From an uncultured Chloroflexia bacterium (GTDB lineage: Bacteria > Chloroflexota > Anaerolineae > CG2-30-64-16), in NCBI GenBank assembly GCA_963810095.1, contig CAWEMM010000014.1:192001-256000 (forward strand): a DNA stretch of 64,000 bases. The letters are read 5' to 3'. Of the stretch, positions 19,501 through 27,831 are shown piece by piece. The position numbers and the translations under genes are program-made. The notes beneath the pieces were generated by a model. The model was not told the DNA's origin, ran no database searches, and was given only the letters and a program-made list of their open reading frames with translations. Position 1 is the stretch's first letter. Each line of letters starts with the position of its first letter.

Positions 19501-19988
19501 ACGCGCAACATCCCCATGGAGCAGCAGTCATGTTGTCCACGATCGAGAAGGTTCTGGCCCTTAAGCGCGCCGGTATATTCGGGCAGACGCCCGATCCGGT
19601 GCTGGTCGACGTCGCCCGGCTCTGCGACGAGGTGGACCTGCCGGCGGGCGCGCCTGTATTCGCCAAAGGCGACCCTGGCGACAGCCTCTACGTCATCGTC
19701 CAGGGGCGGGTGCGCGTGCAAGATGGGGCGCGCACGCTGAACGATCTCGGGGAGGGCGACGTCTTCGGCGAGCTTGCCCTTCTCGATCCCGAGCCCCGGA
19801 TGGCCTCGGTCAGTACGCTCGAAGACGCCCGCCTGCTGCGGCTCGAGGAGGCCCCGTTCCAGGAACTGATCCGGCAGCAGCCAGAGGTCGCCTTGGGCGT
19901 CATCCGCGTCATCACCCGCTACCTGCGCGAGCGCGCGCAGGACGTCGTGAAGCTCGACGCACAGTTGAGCGCATTGGCGAGCCGGTAG
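16581..19988 (+). CDS. Npt1/Npt2-like (TLC/MFS) nucleotide translocase fused to HEAT repeats and a C-terminal cNMP-binding domain
   Basis: About 12 TM segments with FNLREAKRTFGVISGG and FLYQPLP..RGR; Ala/Leu-rich HEAT-like repeats; FAKGDPGDSLYVIVQGRVRV...FGELALLDPEPRMASV; AGGAGGT RBS before ATG 16581. Confidence 0.88.
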   Translation: MGLSLVPRPAPPTPHPTPSPLDVLLGLQPGDGRRTWSLTGLHFALGAVIVFMQAPAFGLFVSEFGSQRLPFAYIAIAVLVSALNLAYLRLSNRFPFVPLSFGVLGFLAAACVALWLGLLTPLRPAVIFILPVGFQLTINVTVLVLWPLAGRGFNLREAKRTFGVISGGNWTASLLVGLILGPLIALIGTQNLLLCAAASALAALLLLGPVARIAGVWKPGPTTAGSAPKQPRAAVNPVPVRTLLSGPMIRPLLLYVVLLWIIYYFVDNILWATAGQRFADAAQLGAFTGRVVTFYGILAAVMSLFLAGRILGRYGVRNALLLLPVLLTLDMALLAVVGTLQPSSALVFAFATIGKVLMIGLGFSLSSTAFTFLYQPLPPAIRGRTQALAEGVLQSLAIGLGGVLLLLFTSVLHFGAVGLAWLVIPISLVWIASILVIGRQYPRAVVAALDRRRLGEGPGLTLDRDTLALLRPRLADPAPAVVLYVLHTLEREDGNWSLTLESGLPQMLAHPLPEVREAALHAVSRLAVSKSAGGNTGVEAGASGNDGAHAQVVGIVTEHLKRESSPMVCSAGVEAIAALRGAEAGPFLERMLGGDPPTERAVLVALLRLPGGSAAAEARLAELAGSALPDDRARAAATCEATRRAADRALLAGLLADEVVSVRRAALAAAAQHPGADLWEGVIAACCEPETAAAAQAALVAAGERAVPAIGAALTAGEESEGDAERRQRIALTEACARIRGASVVPMLESQADALDVDVRGAALRGLAGCGVRAERGGQLRLDREVSLAGLLAAALAGIAAGSSAGGGAASLCTSALGRELSNVRERLLLLLSLQFDAASLLSARDTLADADDARRAYALEAVELQLPAAMRARIMPLVELPPPAELAARLRSAGMEVPDWTEASALAAVVGKPLELETPAAPGFAGLPPLTQAAAIHHAAVYCPQALTRLIQLGALSPYSLVRETAAWAACLDAQHPHGAAVMLSTIEKVLALKRAGIFGQTPDPVLVDVARLCDEVDLPAGAPVFAKGDPGDSLYVIVQGRVRVQDGARTLNDLGEGDVFGELALLDPEPRMASVSTLEDARLLRLEEAPFQELIRQQPEVALGVIRVITRYLRERAQDVVKLDAQLSALASR

Positions 19989-20034
19989 TCATCGCAGACG
20001 CCCATTCCGCGCTGTGCAGCCCCGGGAGGCCGCC

Positions 20035-21718
20035 ATGAACACGGAAGCCTTGGATCGCTACCTGCCGGCCAACATGCGCGCCGAGCTGGAGACGCGCTTC
20101 TATGCGCGGGTGAATGATGCCGCACGCATAGAGAACACGCTGCACGACCCGGACCTGTGGAGCGAGAAGACGCACCTGACCTGGTTCTCCGATCACGGCG
20201 TGATTCACGTGCGAGACGTGGCCACCCAGATCCTCAACGTGCTGGACGTGACCCACGGCGTGCTGATCCCAGCCCGACCGCCTCAGCGCTTCGATCCGTT
20301 CATGAAAACCTACGGTGTGCTGTTGTCCTATCTGCATGACATCGGCATGTCCGACTTCTCGCCTTACGGCCGCAAGATGCATCCCCAATATGCCGCGCAG
20401 GCCGTCTTCTCGGGCGAGCTGGACACGTGGGTCCGGCAGGCATGGGACGAAAACCTGGGCAATATTGCGTGGCGGCTGGTGAACCTCGAACGCCGCGGCC
20501 TGCTGCCGCAAGCGCCTGAGGACATTTTCCGGGAGATGTTGGCGCTCAGCATGGGACACAGCAAGAGCAAGGTTCCCATGGATGTCCTGAACGAACCGAG
20601 TCGCCTGCGCGCGGTGCTTCTGCGCACCTTGACGACGGACCTGCAAGTGCTCCATCTTGATGGGCCAAGCGCAGAGGCCGGCAGATCAGGGCCGTATCAA
20701 GCAGACAGCGAGCGTGCCTTCGCGTGGCTGGTTTGCGACGAGCCGGATTGCCGCGAACTGGTCGACGACGTGGTCGACACCGTTCGGGCGCTCCGTTGTG
20801 CAGACGCGCTTGCGCCAACGCGGGACCCTCCAAAAGACATCCGCCGGCTACGAGGTGTTTGTCAGCCTGGAGAGCGGCAACGCGACGTTCTCTGTGCGGC
20901 AGGGCGAGGACAAGCTGTATTTGCTCGAGCACTCGGAACCGCTCAGTGCCGGCGAGGCAAACATCGCCAGCAGTGAGATCACCCGTGAAGGACATCTCCG
21001 CATAGCCTTTCACCGCGGCGCGTTTGCGAGCGAATCAGCGGTCCGGCGTGCGGTTCAGGCAGCGGCCGTCACCGTCGACGACATCCAGGCGGACGTAATC
21101 ACCAGCTTCGCCCGTACACGCGCAGATCGCATGTCGGACCCTTCAGCGGGCATGACAATACTGCTTGAGGCCGTCGAAGACAACCCATACTTTGTGGACC
21201 AGGTGATTGTTTCGCTGATCAGCCTCAATCCCAGCCTCGCCGGTCGCGTCGCGCGCGTTCCGTCGCTGGGCGGGGCCGCGGTGAGCGAGAGCAAGCGCTA
21301 TCTGGCAGGGGTGATACTTGACTGGGATCGCGAACGCAAGTGCGCGCTGCTCGAGAGGTTGGCCCTGTCAGGCCAGCGCATCGACGGCATGGATCTGGAA
21401 GCGGCCTTCGAGCACGTCAAGCTTGCGACCGTGGAGGCCGACGAGCGTTTGATCGAAGCCCGCATGCCCGCCGGATTCGTGTACATTCCGCTTGGCGAGG
21501 GGCTGATCGTCGCGCCGTTGGGCGGCTACCAGTCGTTTACCGTCAAGCCTTTCATGCCGTTGGGCTCCACGGGCGTCATCCGGGGCGCCGTGCGCAATGC
21601 CGACGTCGTCGCCGCGCAACCTGTAGAGGTCTTGATCATTCCGAAGGAGATCTACTTGCACCACTGGCACCGTCCGTATACACTCCGCGAGCTGCACAGA
21701 TTGCTCACCGAACCATAG
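20035..21718 (+). CDS. HD-superfamily metal-dependent hydrolase with C-terminal degenerate cNMP-binding domain (one frameshift near 20810)
   Basis: FSDHGVIHVRDV, YLHDIGM, MHPQY, GHSKS, LRCADAL continuing as RQRG in the next frame; C-terminal GFVYIPLGEGL...PLGSTGVIRGAVRNADV; GGGAGG RBS. Confidence 0.8.
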
Positions 21719-21759
21719 CGCGGCTCGTGGCGCCGCGACGCTGGCAGACAGGATTGTGC

Positions 21760-22434
21760 GTGAACAAGCTCAATGTGGAAGGTGCGATCGCTTACGCCCT
21801 CAACCGGCTGGAGGCAGAACTCGCTCCCGACATGACCTATCACAGCCCGGGGCACACCCGGGACGACGTGATCCCTGCGGCGACTCGGCTGGCGCAGTTG
21901 GCCGGCCTGTCAGAGGTGGAGACGGGGCTGCTGCAGGTTGGCGCGGCCTACCACGACCTGGGATTCACGGAGCACCCGCAGGAGCACGAGTTGTGCAGCG
22001 TGCGCATTGCCGCCCAGGTGCTCCCCGCGTTTGGCTTCAGCGCCCGCGCCATCGAGCGCGTACTCGGCATGATCATGGCGACCCGCTTGCCCCAGTCGCC
22101 CCGCCACCTGATCGAGCGGCTGCTCACGGACGCGGACCTGGACGGGCTGGGACGAGAGGACTTTTTCACGCGCAGTGCGGAGCTGCTGGCCGAGCGCCGC
22201 GCCTACGGCCGGGTGGTGACCGAAGAGCAGTGGTGGCGCGAACAGGTCGCGTTCCTCACCGAGCACCGGTATTGGACCAGCTACGCCCAGCAGCTGCGCG
22301 GCGAGGGCAAGGCGCACAATTTAAGGCTCTTGCAGGAGCGGCTAGAAGGGACAAATGATGAGGCGGCGAAGATGCCAGATCCAGGGGGGAATTGCGCCAG
22401 AAACCGGGTTAGCTGCGCGCCAATCAGTTCGTAA
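21760..22434 (+). CDS. Stand-alone HD-domain phosphohydrolase
   Basis: YHSPGHT, AAYHDLG, HELCS, IMATRLPQSP, LTDADLDGLG; GTG start at 21760 inferred. Confidence 0.88.
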   Translation: MNKLNVEGAIAYALNRLEAELAPDMTYHSPGHTRDDVIPAATRLAQLAGLSEVETGLLQVGAAYHDLGFTEHPQEHELCSVRIAAQVLPAFGFSARAIERVLGMIMATRLPQSPRHLIERLLTDADLDGLGREDFFTRSAELLAERRAYGRVVTEEQWWREQVAFLTEHRYWTSYAQQLRGEGKAHNLRLLQERLEGTNDEAAKMPDPGGNCARNRVSCAPISS

Positions 22435-23041
22435 ACCGAAACGATCGCAGGACCAGGTCGTAGAGCGCTTCGGTCTGCTGGAACAACGCCGCGTCGCTTG
22501 GGTCGGCCGGCACGAAGGTGAGTCGGTACGCCCGCGGACCGTGCACAGCGATCAGCACCCGGCCGAGGTCCTGCCCCGGTACCCGGTCGAGCCGTTCGGC
22601 CTGCTCCCCGCCCAGCGTTACGACGGGCATTCGCTGGATCTGGCCCTTCAGCCCTGCCGCCTCCGCCTCGGCAATGACGGCATCGGCAATCTGTGCGGCG
22701 GTCTGCCCGTTCGCGTCCTCGACCTTGACGAAGAGCTTCGGGCGGCTGACGTCCATCATCGAGTCGAAGAAGTAATCGGTCTGCATCCCGTCCGTCTCCA
22801 AGGATTTGTACACCCGTGGGACGAGTAGGCAATAGCCGGCAGTAGGGTTGGCCTGCATCTGAGTGTCCGCGGTAGGCTCAGGGCAGCCATTCGCCGGGAC
22901 ATCGGTCGATTGCGGCATGGTCGTCGTGGCGCCAGCAGGCGCCTGGGGGGTGCCGGTGCTGGGTGGGAGCGCCACGCAACCCGCAAGGAAGACCAGCAGA
23001 GCAGTAACCGCGAGCGCAAAGCCGAAACGGTTCCAAGACAT
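22424..23041 (-). CDS. Lipoprotein (PsbP/DcrB-like fold possible)
   Basis: MSWNRFGFALAVTALLVFLAGC lipobox, Pro/Thr linker, GYCLLVP...TLGGEQA...YRLTF...LRSFRF; GGAGG RBS. Confidence 0.8.
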   Translation of the reverse strand: MSWNRFGFALAVTALLVFLAGCVALPPSTGTPQAPAGATTTMPQSTDVPANGCPEPTADTQMQANPTAGYCLLVPRVYKSLETDGMQTDYFFDSMMDVSRPKLFVKVEDANGQTAAQIADAVIAEAEAAGLKGQIQRMPVVTLGGEQAERLDRVPGQDLGRVLIAVHGPRAYRLTFVPADPSDAALFQQTEALYDLVLRSFRFTN

Positions 23042-23123
23042 CTCCATAACCTCCACAACATCGCATGGTGGGCGTCTCGCCGGTTTCATGACGGATGTAG
23101 GATCGTTATGGTTCCTACAACAA

Positions 23124-23158
23124 AAGAAACCAGGTCTCTCACAGAAACCTGGTTTCTT
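23124..23158. repeat. REP-like double palindrome, copy 2
   Basis: aagaaaccaggtctctcacagaaacctggtttctt. Confidence 0.8.
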
Positions 23159-23189
23159 CGTGGACTTTGTGCGCCCTGCAGCGAAAGGT

Positions 23190-24506
23190 CTACCCCAGCT
23201 TCTGCCGGAGGATGTCACCCAGGTCCGGCTGGCCGATGACCTGCAGCTCGTAGCGCACCCGCTGGACGGGATGATAGATTTTCGCGACCCGGGTCAGATC
23301 GATCGGCGTGGCCGAGATGACGAGGTCGCACGGCACCCGGCGGATGGTCTCTTCGAGGTCCTTCACCTGCTCGCCGCCGTACCCCATGGCGGGCAGCAGC
23401 GTGCCGATGCCGGGATACTTCTCGAACGTCTCGGTGATGGTGCCGACGGTGTAGGGCCGGGGATCGATGATCTCGGCCGCACCGAAGCGCTGGGCAGCCA
23501 CGATGCCGGCGCCATACTTCATCTCGCCATGTGTCAGGGTCGGCCCGTCCTCGATGACCAGGACGCGCTTGCCGCGGATTGCGGCGGGATCGTCGACGAA
23601 GATGGGGGAAGCCGCCTCGACGATGGTCGCCCCCGGGTTCACCGCGGCCGCATTATCGCGCACCTGGCTGATGGGCCGCAGGTCGGCGGTGTCCACCTTG
23701 TTGATGACGATTACGTCGGCCATGCGGAAATTCGCAGAGCCGGGCCAGTAGTTCATCTCGTGCCCCGCCCGGTGCGGGTCGGCCACGACGATGTGGAGGT
23801 CGGGCCTGTAGAAGGGCAGGTCGTTATTGCCGCCGTCCCACAAGATGACGTCCGCTTCCTGCTCGGCTTGGCGCAGAATGGCCTCGTAATCGACGCCCGC
23901 GTAGACGATAACGCCCCGGTCGATGTGCGGCTCGTACTCCTCGCGCTCTTCGATCGTCGTCTCGTGCAGATCCAGGTCCTCATAGGAAGCAAAACGCTGC
24001 ACCTTCTGCTTCACCAGGTCGCCGTAGGGCATGGGATGGCGGATCGCCACAACCTTCTTGCCCATGGCCTGCAACACGCTGGCGACGTAACGCGTGGTCT
24101 GCGACTTGCCGCTGCCCGTGCGCACCGCACAGACCGCGACGACCGGCTTGGTCGAGGCAACCATCGTGTCTTTGGGCCCCATCAAGCGGAAGTCGGCCCC
24201 CGCCGCGACCGCCGTCGCAGCCTTGCTCATGACATAATGGTTGTTGACGTCGGAATAGGCAAAGATGACCTGGTCGACGCCCAGCATGCGGACCAGCGCC
24301 GGCATCTCGCTCTCCGGATAAATCGGGATGCCGGACGGGTAGAGCTTACCGGCGAGTTCCGGGGGGTAGCGCCGGCCGTCGATGTTCGGGATTTGCGTCG
24401 CCGTGAAGGCTACGACTTCGTAGTCTTCGTTGTCGCGGAACACCAGGTTGAAGTTGTGGAAATCGCGCCCTGCGGCGCCCATGATCAGAACACGCTGCTT
24501 CGACAT
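23190..24506 (-). CDS. Cyclic 2,3-diphosphoglycerate synthetase-like P-loop GTPase (COG2403 type)
   Basis: IMGAAGRDFHNFN, AVRTGSGKSQT, RHPMPYGDL, TIEEREEYEPH, WDGGNNDLPF, NKVD, EDGPTLTHG. Confidence 0.85.
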   Translation of the reverse strand: MSKQRVLIMGAAGRDFHNFNLVFRDNEDYEVVAFTATQIPNIDGRRYPPELAGKLYPSGIPIYPESEMPALVRMLGVDQVIFAYSDVNNHYVMSKAATAVAAGADFRLMGPKDTMVASTKPVVAVCAVRTGSGKSQTTRYVASVLQAMGKKVVAIRHPMPYGDLVKQKVQRFASYEDLDLHETTIEEREEYEPHIDRGVIVYAGVDYEAILRQAEQEADVILWDGGNNDLPFYRPDLHIVVADPHRAGHEMNYWPGSANFRMADVIVINKVDTADLRPISQVRDNAAAVNPGATIVEAASPIFVDDPAAIRGKRVLVIEDGPTLTHGEMKYGAGIVAAQRFGAAEIIDPRPYTVGTITETFEKYPGIGTLLPAMGYGGEQVKDLEETIRRVPCDLVISATPIDLTRVAKIYHPVQRVRYELQVIGQPDLGDILRQKLG

Positions 24507-24534
24507 TGAAAGGAGCACTCCTTATGAAGATACG

Positions 24535-25479
24535 TCACGTCGTAGGTTGCGACGTGACACGCGGGCGGTAAACGACCCGCGCCATGATCACGCCCAGGAA
24601 ATAGAGCCCCAGCAGCGGCGCCATCACCAGGGCCATGTTGACCGGATCGACAGTCGGCGTGATGGCTGCTGCGACGAAGGCCACCCCGACGATGGCATAG
24701 CGCCACTGCTTTGCCATGACGTGGGGCGAGACAATGCCTAGCGCCGCCAGCGCGGCCATGATCACGGGCGTCTCGAAAGCAGCGCCAATCCACATCATCA
24801 CGGCCAGGACGAACGAAAAGTATTCGCGTACGTTCCAGGTTGCCTTGGCGATATCGCTCCCAAAGCCCGACAGGTATTGCAGCCCGAAAGGCAGCATGAT
24901 GAAATACGCGAACGCGATGCCAGCCAGAAAGAAAATCGCCACCATCGGCAGGCCGATGATTGCGACCGCACGATACAGGCTCAACTCGGCGGGCGACTCG
25001 AGCGCGGGCCGGATGAAGAACAGCGCTTCGACCAGCAGGACCGGGAGCGCAACGATGGCGGCCGCGCTCAGAATCACCTCGAAATAGGTCCAGACCATGT
25101 CTGTAGGCCGCAGGACGACGAGCGGGACCCCCTTGGCGGGCAGGGTGAGCAGGTCCAGTATCTTGTTGGCGAAAATACCGGCCGCGACTGCGCCCACGAT
25201 CAACGCGCCCAGCACCACGAAAATCCGCTTGCGCAGCTCGACCAGGTGCTCGACCGTTCCGTAGAGAATCTGCACGACGTCGTAGAGGGGATTCTGGCTG
25301 CGCACCCAGATGCGGCGCGCCTGGTCCAGCGTCAAGGGATCGAGGTCGGACTGCGAGCGGCGAAAGTTGGTCAGCATCAGCCACAACTGCTCGATGCCGG
25401 CCGGCAGCTTGGACGGCCCGAGCAGGGCGAGTGCGACGACGGCCAGGAGAACGAGGCCGAATACCCCGGTGAAGGACAT
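24535..25479 (-). CDS. tatC: Twin-arginine translocase TatC with a TatA/B-like N-terminal extension
   Basis: EHLVELRKRI, FIRPALE, FAYFIMLP, FETPV, WRYAIV, AAAITPTVDPVNM. Confidence 0.92.
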   Translation of the reverse strand: MSFTGVFGLVLLAVVALALLGPSKLPAGIEQLWLMLTNFRRSQSDLDPLTLDQARRIWVRSQNPLYDVVQILYGTVEHLVELRKRIFVVLGALIVGAVAAGIFANKILDLLTLPAKGVPLVVLRPTDMVWTYFEVILSAAAIVALPVLLVEALFFIRPALESPAELSLYRAVAIIGLPMVAIFFLAGIAFAYFIMLPFGLQYLSGFGSDIAKATWNVREYFSFVLAVMMWIGAAFETPVIMAALAALGIVSPHVMAKQWRYAIVGVAFVAAAITPTVDPVNMALVMAPLLGLYFLGVIMARVVYRPRVTSQPTT

Positions 25480-25482
25480 GGA

Positions 25483-26094
25483 CTAATGCTCCAGTGGGGT
25501 GGACGCCGGCGAGTCCGGCTCAGGGAGGGGCCGGTCCTCGTCGTCCTCGACAGACGGCTGAGGCCGAGTGGCATCCAGCGCGGTCGACTCGCCGGCCGCG
25601 GGCAGGGAGGCCATGGGCTCATCCGGCGCGGGAAGCGCAGCGGGCGCATCTTGCGGGGCAGCTAGTTCGCTCGGCGGCTCGACGGGCTCTGGTGAAACGG
25701 CGGCCGGTTCGATGGGGTGCGGCGGTGCGATCGTGTTCTCGGCGGCCGGCTCGGTCGCGGCGGCCTCCTCGGGCTTGACGGCCGTGTTAAGCTCGCGCAT
25801 GACCGAATCGCGCATGGCCTGCCCGGGATTCCGCGCCGCGGCGGCCACCGCGCCCGCCGCCTTCGCTGCGTCGGACACTTCCTTGAAGGGCTCGGCCAGT
25901 TCTTTCGCCGGGCCCTCAATCGCCTCTCGGGTGGCGTTGATCTCATCAGAGATCGCGCGGGTGGCCTTGCGCATCTCGCGCATGCCGCGGCCCAGCTTCG
26001 CGCCGATCTGGGGCAGCTTGTCCGGGCCGAACACCATCAGCGCGACGATCAGGATCAGGACCAACTCCATCGGGCCAATGCCGAGAATTTCCAC
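25483..26094 (-). CDS. tatB: Twin-arginine translocase TatB/TatA family subunit
   Basis: GIGPMELVLILIVALMVFGPDKLPQIGAKLGRGMREMRKA plus long acidic Pro-rich tail; GTG start inferred. Confidence 0.85.
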   Translation of the reverse strand: MEILGIGPMELVLILIVALMVFGPDKLPQIGAKLGRGMREMRKATRAISDEINATREAIEGPAKELAEPFKEVSDAAKAAGAVAAAARNPGQAMRDSVMRELNTAVKPEEAAATEPAAENTIAPPHPIEPAAVSPEPVEPPSELAAPQDAPAALPAPDEPMASLPAAGESTALDATRPQPSVEDDEDRPLPEPDSPASTPLEH

Positions 26095-26096
26095 GC

Positions 26097-26555
26097 TCAG
26101 TCCTTCCCCGCTGCGGGACCATCGGACACTTCCCGCAGTACAATACGTTCCCCGCCGGCTACTGCGGTGCCCAGCACACCGTTGACAAACCGCGAGCTGT
26201 TGTCGCTGCCGAACATCTTGGCCAGGTCGACGGCCTCGTTGATCGCGACCTTCGGGGGTGTGCCTGATGCGCCGCTCAGCTCGTACAGCGCAATGCGCAG
26301 GATGTTCCGGTCTACGACCGCAATCTGCGAGACCGGCCAGGCGGGGGCATACTTGTGGATCAGGAAATCGAGTTGGTCGCGATGCCGCAGGACGCCCGTC
26401 ACCAGGGTGCGGAGGAACTCCTCGCCCTCCGGGGGCAGCGGCGCATCTTCCAGGCGATGCTCCAGGACCTCCCCGGCGTGGTGGGCAGTTGTATCGACTT
26501 CGTAAAGAGCCTGTAGGGCGCTGATACGTGCCTGGCGGCGAGCTTGAACGCTCAT
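26097..26555 (-). CDS. nusB: Transcription antitermination factor NusB
   Basis: RRQARISALQALYE, VDRNILRIALYEL, PPKVAINEAVDLAKMFG, FVNGVLG. Confidence 0.95.
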   Translation of the reverse strand: MSVQARRQARISALQALYEVDTTAHHAGEVLEHRLEDAPLPPEGEEFLRTLVTGVLRHRDQLDFLIHKYAPAWPVSQIAVVDRNILRIALYELSGASGTPPKVAINEAVDLAKMFGSDNSSRFVNGVLGTAVAGGERIVLREVSDGPAAGKD

Positions 26556-26623
26556 GATTCTCCCGATCAGTTGCTGTCCGATGCCAGCGACGACACCCGC
26601 TGGAGGGCCCGCCTGCCGCGTGC

Positions 26624-26974
26624 CTACTCGGCGCTGCCGCTCGGTCGCGCAACGTCGTCGATGTGCACGTCGACCGCCAGTACGTTCATGCCGACCATCT
26701 CTTCGAGCGCCCGGGTGATGGAACACTGCAGATCGGTGCCTAGCCTGAGCACGTTGATGCCCGGCTCGGCCACGACATGCACCTCAACCTGCACGCCTTC
26801 CTCGACGACGCCTACAAGAATCCCCTCTTCCAGCGCCGCGCCGGCTCGCAGGCCGCGCACCTTGGCCGGAAGCACCGCAAGGCGGTTCACGCCGCGCTGC
26901 TCTACTGTCGTCTGCCGGACGATGGTCGTCAACACCGGCGGCGCAACCGTTACCCTGCCCTGAACCTCTTCCAT
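26624..26974 (-). CDS. Asp23/Gls24 family protein (YqhY-like, upstream of nusB)
   Basis: GRVTVAPPVL...LEEMVGMNVLAVDVHIDDV; conserved synteny with nusB. Confidence 0.85.
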   Translation of the reverse strand: MEEVQGRVTVAPPVLTTIVRQTTVEQRGVNRLAVLPAKVRGLRAGAALEEGILVGVVEEGVQVEVHVVAEPGINVLRLGTDLQCSITRALEEMVGMNVLAVDVHIDDVARPSGSAE

Positions 26975-26988
26975 TCGTCTTCCCCTTA

Positions 26989-27021
26989 ACAAACCAGGTT
27001 TCTACGAGAAACCGGGTTTGT
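26989..27021. repeat. REP-like double palindrome, copy 3
   Basis: acaaaccaggtttctacgagaaaccgggtttgt. Confidence 0.8.
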
Positions 27022-27029
27022 ATCCCTGC

Positions 27030-27773
27030 TCATTGCATTGCGAGCCCGCCGTCGACACTCAGAACCTGGCCCGTGATGAAGTCGGCCCGATCGCTCGCGA
27101 GGAACGTCACTGCGTACGCGATTTCTTCCGGCCTGGCAAACCGCCCCAGCGGCGTCATCGCAATCGCCGCGGCCTTCTGGTCTTCCGTGAGCACGTCGGT
27201 CAGTGCGGTGGGCACGAAGCCGGGCGCCACGGCGTTCACCGTGACGTTCCGCGCGCCTACTTCCTTGGCGAGGGCCTTCGTGAAACCGATCAGCCCCGCC
27301 TTCGACGCCGAGTAGTTGGATTGGCCTGCCTGGCCTGCCAGTCCCGAGACCGACGTAATGTTGATGATGCGGCCATAGCGCTGCCGGAACATGGGCCGCA
27401 GCGCCGCCTTGCTGCAATTGTACGCGCTCTTCAGGTTTGTGCGTAAAACGACGTCCCAGTCGTCTTCGCTCATCATCATGAGCAGCATGTCGCGGGTGGT
27501 GCCGGCATTGTTCACCAGGATGTCGACCCGGCCGAAGCGTTCCACCGTCTCCTTGACCAGGCGTTGCGCGTCCGCAGGAGCGCTGACGTCGGCCTGCACG
27601 GCGATCGCGCTACCGCCTGCGTCGCAGATCGTGCGGACAATCTCCTCCGCGCCAGCGGCACTGTCGCGGTGATTGACGACCACGGATGCGCCCTGCGCAG
27701 CCAGGTCAATGGCGATGGCCGCGCCGATGCCCCGCGAGGCCCCGGTTACGATTGCGATTTTCCCTTCGAGCAT
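27030..27773 (-). CDS. fabG: 3-oxoacyl-ACP reductase
   Basis: TGASRGIG, NNAGTTRD, YSASKAG, NAVAPG, ITGQVLSVDGG; follows fabD. Confidence 0.95.
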   Translation of the reverse strand: MLEGKIAIVTGASRGIGAAIAIDLAAQGASVVVNHRDSAAGAEEIVRTICDAGGSAIAVQADVSAPADAQRLVKETVERFGRVDILVNNAGTTRDMLLMMMSEDDWDVVLRTNLKSAYNCSKAALRPMFRQRYGRIINITSVSGLAGQAGQSNYSASKAGLIGFTKALAKEVGARNVTVNAVAPGFVPTALTDVLTEDQKAAAIAMTPLGRFARPEEIAYAVTFLASDRADFITGQVLSVDGGLAMQ

Positions 27774-27831
27774 GGTTTCCCCTCGACGTCATACACCGGC
27801 GGGGCTTTGAAAACCCCGTAGGGCAGGCGAC

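Noticed and set aside
2895-22434. Calling the island a canonical Pycsar, CBASS or Avs defence system
   Set aside because: No PycC-type cyclase adjacent to a PycTM/PycTIR effector, no CD-NTase and no nuclease effector were recognised. It is kept only as an open hypothesis in the findings.
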